Below are positions 50,040 through 60,100 of a stretch of 64,000 nt of DNA, one piece after another. How positions within the stretch are numbered: the first letter of the stretch is position 1; the number at the start of each line of letters is the position of its first letter. This DNA is from an uncultured Chthonomonas sp. (lineage in GTDB: Bacteria; Armatimonadota; Chthonomonadetes; Chthonomonadales; CAJBBX01). The position numbers were made by a program, and so were the translations under genes. Below the pieces are notes generated by a model that saw only the letters and a list, made by a program, of their open reading frames with translations, did no database searches and was not told the origin of the DNA. Where the stretch lies: contig CAISJD010000072.1 in assembly GCA_903885605.1 (NCBI GenBank), positions 39 through 64,038 of the forward strand, in the 5' to 3' direction.

Positions 50040-50423
50040 GTGGACCAGCCGACCAAGGGCGCCGTGGAAGCGATGGTGGCCAACGCGGTGGTCCGGTTCC
50101 AGCGCGAATGGGAGGCCAATGTCGGCGACGAGGCGCCTCTGGTCATCCTGCAGTCGCCCTACCGGTCGTTCATCGGCCCGTTCATGGCCTACGTCGACGA
50201 GGTGATCCGGGAGCGGGAGGACCACACGGTCACGGTCGTGCTGCCCGAACTGGCGCCGCTCCGGTGGTGGCATTCGCTGCTGCACAACGCCAACGGTCCG
50301 CTGATCCGCTTCTACCTGGCCCAGAGGCCCGGCGTGGTGGTCGTCAACGTGCGGTACTTCCTGGATGACCGGCTCTACCCGCCGTCGGACCCGGTGGGCG
50401 CCGCGGGCCACTCGACGCACTGA
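50040..50423 (+). pseudogene. C-terminal cytoplasmic domain of an APC/KimA(YdaO)-like permease lacking the TM core
   Basis: PLVILQSPYRSFIGPFMAYVD, VTVVLPE, WWHSLLHN, VVVVNVRYFL; no TM segments upstream. Confidence 0.75.
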
Positions 50424-52435
50424 CCGGCGGCCGGCCCGGCCCCCAGAGCCTGCGCGGGTGAGCCGGGCTTGAGACGGAAGTCGCCTCGTTCCGGGGCCAC
50501 GAAGAGAGGATCGGCGACCTGCGATCCGACGTCGTGGCCCCGGGCGAGCCACTGCTCCCAGGTCAGGTCGCCGAAGCGCAGGCCGTACCCCCTGGCGCTC
50601 CAGTAGAGGTTGCGCTCCATGCTGAACGCGCTATCGGCCCATTCGCCGCCCAGGGGAAGCCCGCCGGAGCAGAGCACGATGTTCCGCTCAACCCGCAGCC
50701 CCGTGCTCTGCTCCGCCCGGTGACGCAGCACGTTGGGCTCGTCGGAGAGGGCGAAGACGTTGCGCCGGACGACGTTGTCGCGGCCGTAGTGGAGGAAGAA
50801 GCCCGCGCTGGTGGTGCGGTAGACGAGGTTGTCCTCCACCGTGACCCCGCTGCTCCCCTCGTCGAGGTAGATGCCCCAGCCGCCGCCCGCGCGGGAGCGC
50901 ACGTCGTAGACGCGGTTGCCCGCGATGCGCGTGCCGGGCTGCATCCCGAGCGTGTAGATGCCGCCCAGGTCCGAGAGCCGCCCCTGCCCGATCTGGTGCA
51001 CGCGGTTGCGGACGATCAGGTTGTCGCGTGCGGCGCTCGCCTCGAAGCCCCAGGACCACCCCGCCGAGATGCCGCTCTGCCAGGTGTCGGCCACCTCGCA
51101 GCCCTCGATGCGGTTGCCGCCGCTCTGGCCGATCCAGAGACCCACAGCCGCCGGGAAGACGCGCCCGATGCCCCGCACCAGGCACCGCTCCACGACGTGG
51201 CCGCCGCTCTGGTCGAAGTCGTCCGGCCTGCGGCAGAACTCGCCCAGCCGCGCGCCACCCGCGCCGAGGTCCTCCATGCGGCACCGGTCAAGACGGCAGG
51301 CCCGGCAGCCGCGGCCCATCTCCACGGCCCATCCGCCCAGCCCCGAGAACCGGCACCCCGCGAAAGCGACGCGCTCGGCGCCGGTGAGCCTCACCGCGGC
51401 GGGGATGTCGAACGCGGCCTGCACGTCGACGTACCCGTCGGCAGGCAATCGCCAGTCGGCGCAGCGGAACTCGATACCCTCCACCCGCACGTCGTGCACG
51501 AGCCGGCCGGCGGCGGGATCGCCCTCTACTCGAAGCAGCTCCGTGAGTGCCGGCGCCTCCACCACGCAGCGGCGCGGGTCCTCGTCGGGCATGGCGATGG
51601 TCCTGACCTCGCGGGCGACCGGGTCGGCGTACCATTCGCCCGGCGCGTCCAGGCATTCCGGGGCGTTCTCGACCCAGTACCGGGCGTCGCGCTCCCGGTT
51701 CGAGGGGCAGCACATGGCCGAGAGGGTGACACGCCGGGCGGCTTCGTCCACGGCGCGGATCGGCATGCGCAACTCGGCCCAGACCTGCAGCGCCACGACT
51801 TCCGCGCGCCCCGAAGTCGCCCACTGCGGGAGGATGTCGCCCGGCCTGTAGCGGAATGAGGCGGCGTCGCTACCCAGGCGAGAACCGTTGGGCCCCCAGG
51901 TCCACGCGCCGTCGACGGGCCCGTCTACAGTGAAGGCGCCCTCGTTCGGTGTGCGCGCCCGGGTTCGCCGGCGGCCATTGACGAAGAGCTGGTTGGGCAG
52001 GGGCACTCCCGCCGGCAGCGGCGCGACCCACTCGCGGCGCCGCCTTCGCCACCCGGTGAGGCGGCGCCCGCCGGTGATCACCACCCGTGCGCCCTTCGCC
52101 GCGGCGATGACGGTGGGGGCCGACGGCGTGCCCGAATCCGCCGGAATGAGCCGTACTGGCCCCTGCAGCCGGTAGATGCCGCCCTGCATCTCAATCCGCA
52201 GGGAGCGCCGGGCGTCTGGTCCCTGTCGCAGCCGCCTCGCCGACGCCAGCGCCGCCTCAAGCGAGGGTAGCCTGCCGCCGGGAGACACCACGAGCCGCAG
52301 GGGCGGCGCGGCGACCACCGGGGCGGCGCAGAGGTGGATCACAGCCGCGGCAAGGGCCGCCGGCACGGCCAGACGGGCCTGCGGCAGGCGCGAGGGTTGT
52401 TCGGTGACCGCGCCCCAGGCAGTATGCAGCGTCAC
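50375..52435 (-). CDS. Right-handed parallel beta-helix protein (GH141/pectate lyase-like)
   Basis: QLFVNGRRRTRARTPN, LDAPGEWY, SDLGGIYTLG, GIYLDEGSS, DPLFVAPERGDFRL. Confidence 0.85.
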   Translation of the reverse strand: MTLHTAWGAVTEQPSRLPQARLAVPAALAAAVIHLCAAPVVAAPPLRLVVSPGGRLPSLEAALASARRLRQGPDARRSLRIEMQGGIYRLQGPVRLIPADSGTPSAPTVIAAAKGARVVITGGRRLTGWRRRRREWVAPLPAGVPLPNQLFVNGRRRTRARTPNEGAFTVDGPVDGAWTWGPNGSRLGSDAASFRYRPGDILPQWATSGRAEVVALQVWAELRMPIRAVDEAARRVTLSAMCCPSNRERDARYWVENAPECLDAPGEWYADPVAREVRTIAMPDEDPRRCVVEAPALTELLRVEGDPAAGRLVHDVRVEGIEFRCADWRLPADGYVDVQAAFDIPAAVRLTGAERVAFAGCRFSGLGGWAVEMGRGCRACRLDRCRMEDLGAGGARLGEFCRRPDDFDQSGGHVVERCLVRGIGRVFPAAVGLWIGQSGGNRIEGCEVADTWQSGISAGWSWGFEASAARDNLIVRNRVHQIGQGRLSDLGGIYTLGMQPGTRIAGNRVYDVRSRAGGGWGIYLDEGSSGVTVEDNLVYRTTSAGFFLHYGRDNVVRRNVFALSDEPNVLRHRAEQSTGLRVERNIVLCSGGLPLGGEWADSAFSMERNLYWSARGYGLRFGDLTWEQWLARGHDVGSQVADPLFVAPERGDFRLKPGSPAQALGAGPAAGQCVEWPAAPTGSDGG

Positions 52436-52632
52436 GCGTCTGGGCCGGATGCTACCCGCCTGCCGCCTGCGGGGCCGATCGCGCCGTGTGTTGGCCTCTC
52501 GTGGTACGCCGCCACCCGGCGCCGGACGTCATCGCTCTCCTCTACAGGAGGCATCCCGCGGTGCCGATCAGCAAGGCGCTCCCGGATGGCGTGCTTCATC
52601 TCCACGTAGCGCTCGATGACCGGTTCAGGCAT
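52432..52632 (-). CDS. Small hypothetical protein coupled to the beta-helix gene
   Basis: GAGGAGG RBS, GTGA overlap with the downstream start, TATAAT upstream at 52700-52705. Confidence 0.5.
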   Translation of the reverse strand: MPEPVIERYVEMKHAIRERLADRHRGMPPVEESDDVRRRVAAYHERPTHGAIGPAGGRRVASGPDA

Positions 52633-52724
52633 CAGGCCACCTCCTCGGGTGAGTGGATGGGCGCGGGAGGATATCTGAGCGTCATGTTAACGCAAATATA
52701 TTATACTGGATTATCGTGGTGCAT

Positions 52725-53765
52725 TTAGAAGAAGCGCTTGACCAGGCCGAGGATGCCCTGCTTCCAGGGGACGCGGTGGCTCACGCCGCTCTTGTTCTCG
52801 AACTCCGCCTTGTGGGCGATGTACCACTCGTAGTTGCGGATCAGTGCGGCCTGGTTGGAGTGCTTCGGCTGCCAGCCCAGCACGCGCTGGGCCTTCTCGA
52901 TGGAGACGAACGAATCCTTGGCCGCCGTCTCATACACCCACTTGTAGAGCGGCGAGAGGTGCAGCGCCTCCAGCAGGCGCAGCGTGGCGATGACCGGCGC
53001 GGCGGGCGTCCCCTTGATCTTCTTGCCGAAGCCCGCCTTGTCCAGCACGGCCTGGTAGTCCTCCTTCATCGTGGCGAACTCGGCGGCGCCGATGTTGAAG
53101 GTGTCGTTCACGGTCTCGGCGGGCAGCGTCAGGCAGAGCCAGATCGCCTGGCAGAGATCCTCCACGTCGAGGAGCTGGTACCGGTTCGCGCCGGAGCCGA
53201 TCACCGGGAAGCCGTGGCCGCTCTGGGCCCAGTCGTAGAAGAGCGCGAAGACGCCCAGCCGCTCCGGCCCCACGAAGGACTTCGGGCGGACGATGGGCAC
53301 GCAGAGGCCCTTCTCGCGCATCTTGACGCACTCGCCCTCGGCCTCGACCTTGGCGATGCCGTAGGGGCCCACGCCCACCATCTGGTCATCCTCCACCAGC
53401 GGATGGTGGTCCGGGATCCCGTAGACGGCGGTGGAGGAGATCATCACCACGCGCGGGATGCCCAGTTCGTGGGCGATCTCCAGCACGTTGCGGGTGCCCA
53501 CCACGTCGGTGGTGTGGATGTCGTCCGGCGGGTAGAGGGGCAGCGCGGCGGCGGTATGCACCACCAGGCCGCAGCCCTGCATGGCCTGCTTCAGGGCGCG
53601 CCGGTCGCGGATATCGCCCTTCACCTCGGTCACGCGGCCACGCTCGGGGTAGTCGAACGGGGCCAGGTCGTAGCTGACGACGCCGCACCCCTCGGCCAGC
53701 AGCCGCCGAACCAGATTGATGCCGAGAAAACCGGCCCCGCCGGTGACGAAGACGTTAGAAGCCAT
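52725..53765 (-). CDS. NAD-dependent epimerase/dehydratase
   Basis: VFVTGGAGFLG, ISSTAVYG, YGIAK (YxxxK); true start ATG 53765. Confidence 0.92.
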   Translation of the reverse strand: MASNVFVTGGAGFLGINLVRRLLAEGCGVVSYDLAPFDYPERGRVTEVKGDIRDRRALKQAMQGCGLVVHTAAALPLYPPDDIHTTDVVGTRNVLEIAHELGIPRVVMISSTAVYGIPDHHPLVEDDQMVGVGPYGIAKVEAEGECVKMREKGLCVPIVRPKSFVGPERLGVFALFYDWAQSGHGFPVIGSGANRYQLLDVEDLCQAIWLCLTLPAETVNDTFNIGAAEFATMKEDYQAVLDKAGFGKKIKGTPAAPVIATLRLLEALHLSPLYKWVYETAAKDSFVSIEKAQRVLGWQPKHSNQAALIRNYEWYIAHKAEFENKSGVSHRVPWKQGILGLVKRFF

Positions 53766-53830
53766 GCGCGATCCCTCCCTGCGATGCCCGATGATAGCAC
53801 ACGCGCCGGAGGGGCGGGGGCGTGCCGAGG

Positions 53831-56800
53831 CTACACGAGCGCTTCGCTGCAGATGATGCGCGGCGCCTCGTCGGCCTCGCCGGTGCGCCGGTGCGCCGAG
53901 TCGGCCATCTCCGCCAGTCCGTGCTCGTGGTAGATGTCGGTCAGCAGCTCCACCAGCGGCCTGCCCGTCAGCCCGTTGCGGCGAGCCGTGTTCAGCTCGC
54001 GCCGAACCGCCGCCGGCACGGGCCTCCGGAACGCCTCCTCCAGCAACGAGACCTGCCGCCGGAGCGGGTCCGCCTCGGGCAGGGCTCCGCAGAAGCCGCG
54101 GAGCTCGCGCAGGGCGTAGGCCTGGGCCACGGTGAGCGCCGGGCTGTGCTTCTGCACGGCGCGCCGGTGCTCGGCCTCCGCCGCGAAGGTCTGCAACGCC
54201 GCCCCCACCGTGGCGTTGTAGCCCGCGGGCAGGAGCGTGGCGGGCTCCTCCGGGGCGCAGCGGATGGCGCCCAGCGCCGTCGGCATGTCCTTTGAGATGA
54301 CCTGCCCGGCGCCGTCGAGCAGCATCAGCTGCTGGTACTCGCCCGCCTGGCAGAAGAGGTACGCGCCGGCCCGGGCGGGCGCCTCGCGGCCGGTCCGGAT
54401 GCCGTCGGGCAGGTTGCGGATGCGCTCGAACTCCTCGGGATCGTCGCGCAGCAGGCGGCGCAGCAGCTCCTCGGCCTCGTTCAGGTCCACCAGGTCGCCG
54501 CCGCCCTCCTCGATGGCGCCGATCCGCCCGGCATCGCCGCCGTAGATGGCGAACATGGCCTCCTCGTTCAGCGTCTCGGTCCTGTCGAGGATGGCGGAAT
54601 CCTCGCCGATCGTATCGTGGATCTCTTTGATGCGCTGTTTGAGGACGTTCTGCAGACCCAGCTGCGCCTCGAGCTGCGTCTCGGGCAGGAAGTTGAAGCC
54701 CCAGATCCGCTCGTTCTCGGAGCCGATCCGGTCGATGCGGCCGAAGCGCTGGATCAGCCGCACCGGGTTCCAGTGGAGGTCGTAGTTCACCACCACGTCG
54801 CAATCCTGCAGGTTGAGGCCCTCGGACATGACGTCGGTGGCGATCAGCAGGCGCACTTCGTCCTGCACGGCCACGCGGATCTGCGGGTTGGCGCGGGGTG
54901 CAAAGCGGGCGGCCACCTGCGCCTTGTTCTTGTCGTTGCCGTAGACGCTCTCCACATCCTGCGCCTTGCCGCCGTCGCTCAGCGCGTCGTAGAGGTAGCG
55001 GGCGGTGTCGGCGTACTGGGTGAAGATGAGCGCCTTGCCGGTCTTCTGCGGGATGCCGCTCCGCAGCCGGGACTTCAGCTCCTGCAGCTTGGCGTCGGTC
55101 TCGGGTCCGATGGGCGCCACCAGCTCCAGCATCCGCCGGATCAGCGCCCGGTCGGCCTCCAGGTCGCGCCGCAGGCGGGGCGCGTCGAAGTCGGCCAGGG
55201 CGTAGCGGCCCGAGGCGGCGCGCAGGGCGTCCATCAGGTCCAGGTCGTCGGCCTGGTCGGCGTCGTAGAGCAGCCCCTGCGCCGCGTCGCCCGCGGGCAC
55301 GAAGCCCTGCTCCATGGCCGCCAGGAAGGCGCCGTGGATGCCCTCCAGCCGCTGGAGCGTGGCGCGGAAGGCCTGCACGCTCGACTCGAACCGCTTGAAG
55401 AGCATCACGCGGATGAGCCCGCGCAGGTTCATTCCGGCGCGCTGCAGGTCGCGGTAGGGGCTGGACTTCCTGCTCTCGGGCAGCACGTAGTGCCAGAGGC
55501 CGTACCGGGCGTAGGTGAGCGCCTCGGCCGGGCCCTGCGCCCCGACGGGCGGCGCCAGCCAGTTCCGTATCTGCTGGTAGAGCCCGGCGTAGGTCGCCTC
55601 GATGCTGTAGGCCACGGTCTCCAGCTCGCGCCGGGGGAAGAACTGCCGCCGCCCGCCCACGCGCACGTAGGCCCGCTGCCTGCCGTCGAGGTAGGGCTGC
55701 AGCCGGGCCTCGGGCAGTTCGCGCAGGGGCGTGTTTGAGCCCTCGGCGAAGCCGTAGTTGCGGAGGATGTCGCGCCGGGTCCGGCGGATCAGCACGTGGC
55801 GCAGGAGGTCCTGCAGCCGCCGCTGCCCCTTCTCCACCGCCTTGAAGTACTCCTTCAGGTTCGGCGGGTCCACGGGCAGCTCGGTGATGTCGTCCGGGTG
55901 GAAGAGCTTGAGCTGGTTGTAGACATCCATGGCCGACTTGTCGCGCGGGGTGGCCGTGAGCAGGCAGACCCGGCGCCCGGCGCGGGCCAGGTAGGTCTGG
56001 AGCGCCTCGTACCGCTGCGAGGCGTGGCTGCGGAAGTTGTGGCTCTCGTCCACCAGCACGAAGTCGCGGTCGCGGTACTGCACCTTGTCGAGGACGCCCG
56101 AGCCCTGCGAGAGGAAGCCCATGGAGAGCACCTGCGCGTTGAGCTGGTAGGTCTCGTTGTAGGCCTCCCACATGTCGACCAGCGACCGGGGGCAGAGGAT
56201 GAGCGCCCGGCGCCGCTCGGTCCGCTCGAAGTGCTTGACGATGGCCGCGCCCACGAAGCTCTTGCCCAGGCCCACCACGTCGGAGACGAAGGCGCCGCCC
56301 CGGTCCCGGATGGTCTGGATGGTCTGCCGCACGGCGTCGACCTGGAAGTCGGCCAGCGCCCGGGTGATCTCGTCGTCCCAGAGCACGCCGTCGCCGCCCC
56401 GGCCTTCGAGCCGGTCGCCCACCAGGGCGAAGAGCGACTTCATGTAGATATCGTACGGCCGCACCTGCACGGCCGCCCAGCAGGCCCGGAGCTGCTCCAG
56501 CAGGAGCTGGTCGAAGGGGAAGGCCTCCTCCCAGAGCCGGTCGAACCAGGCGGCGAGCTGGGCGTGGTTCTCGGCTCCGTGCACCACCACGTTGAGCTCG
56601 GAGTTGTGGGTGAGGCCCGAGAGGCTCAGGTTGGAGGAGCCGACGATGGCCACGCCGGGCTCGTAGCGGCCGGGGCCGTAGTCGAAGATGTAGGCCTTGG
56701 CGTGGAGCCGCCCCCTGGTGTAGACGCGCACCTCCAGCCGCCCCTGCTCGATGAGCCGCATGAGCGTCTGCACCAGGCTCTCGGCGCCGTCGGTCTGCTC

Positions 56801-57133
56801 CATGAGCTCGGCGGATCGGCCGATGGCGGCGGCGGTCTCCCGGGCGCGTTCCTCCTGCTCCACGCCGCGCAGGTAGCGCTCGCGGTCGGCGGCGGCGCGC
56901 ACCGGGGCCAGCCGCCCGGCGGCCTCGGCGAGCTGCTCCAGCGTCTCGCGGCTCCCCGTGTTGCCGATGAGGAGCCGCACGCGCCCCACGCCCTCCAGCT
57001 TCTCGTGGATCGCCTCGAAGCCGGAGAGGAAGAAGTAGCCCACGGCGAACCGCGCCGCGTCCGACGTGGCCAGGATGTCGTTGATATGGTCGGCCAGCCT
57101 CTGGTCGCGGTTATCGATGATGTCGTGGGGCAC
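53831..57133 (-). CDS. PLD(HKD)-nuclease fused SNF2-family helicase
   Basis: AVGYFFLSG, LHAKAYIFD..GSSNLS (HKD), SDVVGLGKS, VDESHNFR, LTATP, ATDVMSEGLNLQ, QRFGRIDRIG; GTG 57133 with GGGAGG RBS. Confidence 0.92.
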   Translation of the reverse strand: MPHDIIDNRDQRLADHINDILATSDAARFAVGYFFLSGFEAIHEKLEGVGRVRLLIGNTGSRETLEQLAEAAGRLAPVRAAADRERYLRGVEQEERARETAAAIGRSAELMEQTDGAESLVQTLMRLIEQGRLEVRVYTRGRLHAKAYIFDYGPGRYEPGVAIVGSSNLSLSGLTHNSELNVVVHGAENHAQLAAWFDRLWEEAFPFDQLLLEQLRACWAAVQVRPYDIYMKSLFALVGDRLEGRGGDGVLWDDEITRALADFQVDAVRQTIQTIRDRGGAFVSDVVGLGKSFVGAAIVKHFERTERRRALILCPRSLVDMWEAYNETYQLNAQVLSMGFLSQGSGVLDKVQYRDRDFVLVDESHNFRSHASQRYEALQTYLARAGRRVCLLTATPRDKSAMDVYNQLKLFHPDDITELPVDPPNLKEYFKAVEKGQRRLQDLLRHVLIRRTRRDILRNYGFAEGSNTPLRELPEARLQPYLDGRQRAYVRVGGRRQFFPRRELETVAYSIEATYAGLYQQIRNWLAPPVGAQGPAEALTYARYGLWHYVLPESRKSSPYRDLQRAGMNLRGLIRVMLFKRFESSVQAFRATLQRLEGIHGAFLAAMEQGFVPAGDAAQGLLYDADQADDLDLMDALRAASGRYALADFDAPRLRRDLEADRALIRRMLELVAPIGPETDAKLQELKSRLRSGIPQKTGKALIFTQYADTARYLYDALSDGGKAQDVESVYGNDKNKAQVAARFAPRANPQIRVAVQDEVRLLIATDVMSEGLNLQDCDVVVNYDLHWNPVRLIQRFGRIDRIGSENERIWGFNFLPETQLEAQLGLQNVLKQRIKEIHDTIGEDSAILDRTETLNEEAMFAIYGGDAGRIGAIEEGGGDLVDLNEAEELLRRLLRDDPEEFERIRNLPDGIRTGREAPARAGAYLFCQAGEYQQLMLLDGAGQVISKDMPTALGAIRCAPEEPATLLPAGYNATVGAALQTFAAEAEHRRAVQKHSPALTVAQAYALRELRGFCGALPEADPLRRQVSLLEEAFRRPVPAAVRRELNTARRNGLTGRPLVELLTDIYHEHGLAEMADSAHRRTGEADEAPRIICSEALV

Positions 57134-57147
57134 GGGGGCGGACCTCC

Positions 57148-60100
57148 CTAGAGACCGTAGAGCGCTTCCACGCGGGCGTTGATCTCCCGCTCCCAGGCCT
57201 CGCACTCCACGCCGCGGGCATCGACGCAGCGTCGCGCCAGGTCGGCGATGGCCGCCCGGTCGGCCTCGGAAGCCTCGGGGATGGGCAGGCGCTGTAAGTT
57301 GACCCACTGCAGCATGACGCGGCCGCGCTTGCCTGCGTCGCCAAGCACGGCACAGCAGGAGCTAGTGTATGCCCAGGCATCGGCGGAGTTGAGCACGCCG
57401 AGGAGGTACAGGTCGTCCGTGGGAATAACGAAGCCCTTATTGTTCGTATATATCCCGCCTGCGGCGTCATACGCAAATCGCTGCTCTAATGCTATTTCTG
57501 GGTAGAGGATTTTAGGCTGATCGAAGAGACCATAGTAGGAGCACGCCCGTAGCTCCCACCAATGGCTGCCCTGATCCTGGCGAGCCCGCAGTCGATCCTC
57601 CCACTGGCAGAGGTGGGCCATCACGGCGGAATGGCGCACCATGTCCACTCCAATGGCGGTCGTGATCAACCATCGGTCGTGGTTCTCTGCAGCCCAGCGC
57701 CGGATGTCCCGCCCGAGTAGCAAGGGCTTGATGATCTCGTCGTTGCGGGGGTCGGACTCGACCAGCTCGCGCCGTTTCGCGCCGTCGATGACGAATGCCG
57801 CGTTCAGGCCCGTCAGCACGCCTCGGTAGACTTGGCCACCGATGTACTCGCCCAGCGACGGGCCGGACCCGTCCATCTTGCGTAGCCGATCGGCGGTCTC
57901 GGATCCTGCCAACGTCCATCGTTCGCCGGCCAGCGCGCCCGCCGGCAGAGGGCGACCGAGCATCGTGTTCAGCGCCGCCACATCGGGATACGGCGGCTTA
58001 AGCGTAGTGACCTGTGTGTATATCGCGGAGCCGTCAGGACTGCCCTTCGACGCGATGAAGATCATCGGGAAGGTCGCAGCCGCCGCGAACACTGGTAGCT
58101 CACCAAAATCTGTGACGCGCCCAACCCGGCACGTCTCGGCGATGTACCTTCGTAGCTTGGCGCCGTAGGCTGCTCGGAACCACTTGTTTGAACTGATGTA
58201 GGCCAGAACGCCGCCGGTCAGCAGCACCTGCACGCCACGCATGTAGAAGTACGTGTAGAGGTCGGCGGTGCCGCAGTGCAACTCCCCATACACTGCCTTG
58301 AGCGCGGGTTTCTGGTCCGAGATGAGCTCCTGCCGCACATACGGCGGGTTGGCGACAACGATGTCGAAACCGCCGTTGCCGTCGGCGAAGACCTCGGCGA
58401 ACTCGACGAACCAGTTGAGCCCCGCGGAGGCCGCGCCGCCGCCAAGAGCCGCCTCGATCTGTTCGCGGGCCGCGCGGACCGCCGCGCCGGCCGTGGCCTT
58501 GGGGCCCGGCTCCGAGGCCTTGAGGTACTCCGCCTTGGCTCGTGCGTAGTCCTCCACCACGCCGTGGAAGAGGGCGAGGTGGCCCGAGGCTATGGCCTGC
58601 GGGTCGGGGCCGGTGAGGCTGTTGCCCTGCCGAATCTTGAAGTCCAGGTTGGGCAGCGGCGGCGGCGTCTCGTCGGCGCCTGCGGCGTACTCAACGGCCA
58701 GCGTGAGCCAGAGGCGCAGGCAGGTGATGTTCACGGCGGTGGGGTCCAGGTCCACGCCGTAGAGGTTGCGCCCGATGATCTGCAACTTGCGGTCGTAGAC
58801 CTCCTGCGCGCCCACCTTGTGCGCCACGAAGAGCGCGTCGCGGAGGTCCAGCAGCTCGTGCAGCATCCCCAGCAGGTAGGCGCCGCTTCCGCAGGCGGGG
58901 TCGCAGACGCGCAGGTCGGACAGGGCGGCGAGGACCCTCTCGATGTGGCCGATTGCGCTGGGGTCGTGGTCGTAGACGAAGGCCCGCGCCGCTTCCTCGG
59001 TCTGGCCCGTCCGCGCCACCAGGTGGCCCACCAGCGCCTCGCGGCACATGTAGGAGACGATGGGCTTGGGCGTGTAGTAGCTGCCGGAGCCGTGGCGGTC
59101 GGTGATGAGCCGCTCGAAGATGGTGCCCAGCATCTCCGGGTCGATGGCCACTTCCTGGTCCAGCGTGGTGCTTTCGGTGATGGTGAAGTTGTAGCCGGCG
59201 TAGAGGTCCAGGATGTCCCAGACGGCCTCGTCGGGCACGCCGGGGGCGCGGTTCAGTTCCGCCTCGGTCTCGGCGAAGAGGCCGCCGTTGAGGAACGGTA
59301 CGTGGCCGATGAGGTCCGTGAGGATGCCCCCGCCGTTGATGCCCACCAGGTCGGCGCCGTGGGGCGTGTTGAGGCCCGAGAAGAAGAGGAGCCGCAGCCG
59401 GGAGGCGTAGAAGCCCTCGGGGACGGGGCGCTTGAGGTAGTCGCGGCGGAGGGCCTGCAGGTAGTCGCGGTCCTCGCCGAAGCGGAGCCAGCCCTTCTTC
59501 TCGATGAAGGCCACGAACATGAGCCGGTTGAAGAGGTGCTGGGTAAAGAGGCGACGCGCCGCGTCCTCCTCATCGCCTTCGCCGAAACCGGTGACGAGGT
59601 CCGAGACCTTGCGGAAGACGGCCTCATACTCCTTGTAGAACCCGTCCGTGACGGCCTGCACGTCGAAGGCCCTGTCATGGGCCGCCTGGATGGCCGCGGC
59701 GTCGGCGGCCTCGCCGATCTTCGCGATGGCGATCGCCTGCAGGCGGTCCACGGCGGTGCGCCCGGTCTGGCAGGCCACGGCCATGCGGCGAAGGAGCGGC
59801 TTGGCCGCATCGCCGGCGACGTAGCGGGCGTTCACGAGGCGCCACTGGTCCATGGAGCGGTTGGAGAAGACGAAGAGGGCGCGGAGCGTGGGGTCGTCGT
59901 CGAGCATGCGGGTCACAGCGTCGCGCTCGGCCTTGACGCTCAGCCTCTCGTCGGTCAAGGGGAACCAGATGACCCTGAAGCCGTTGTGCTCGGCCACGCT
60001 CCGGGGCAGCGGGGCACCCTCAGGCAGGCCCGTGCAGGGCATGGCTTCGTCATCGTGGCCGTAGCCGAGCACGCCACAGAACAGGCGCCGCAGGGCCTCC

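Noticed and set aside
52725-56171. 1148-aa ORF suggesting a giant epimerase fusion
   Set aside because: Only the last 346 aa (from ATG 53765) are epimerase; the rest is an alternative frame over the SNF2 helicase.
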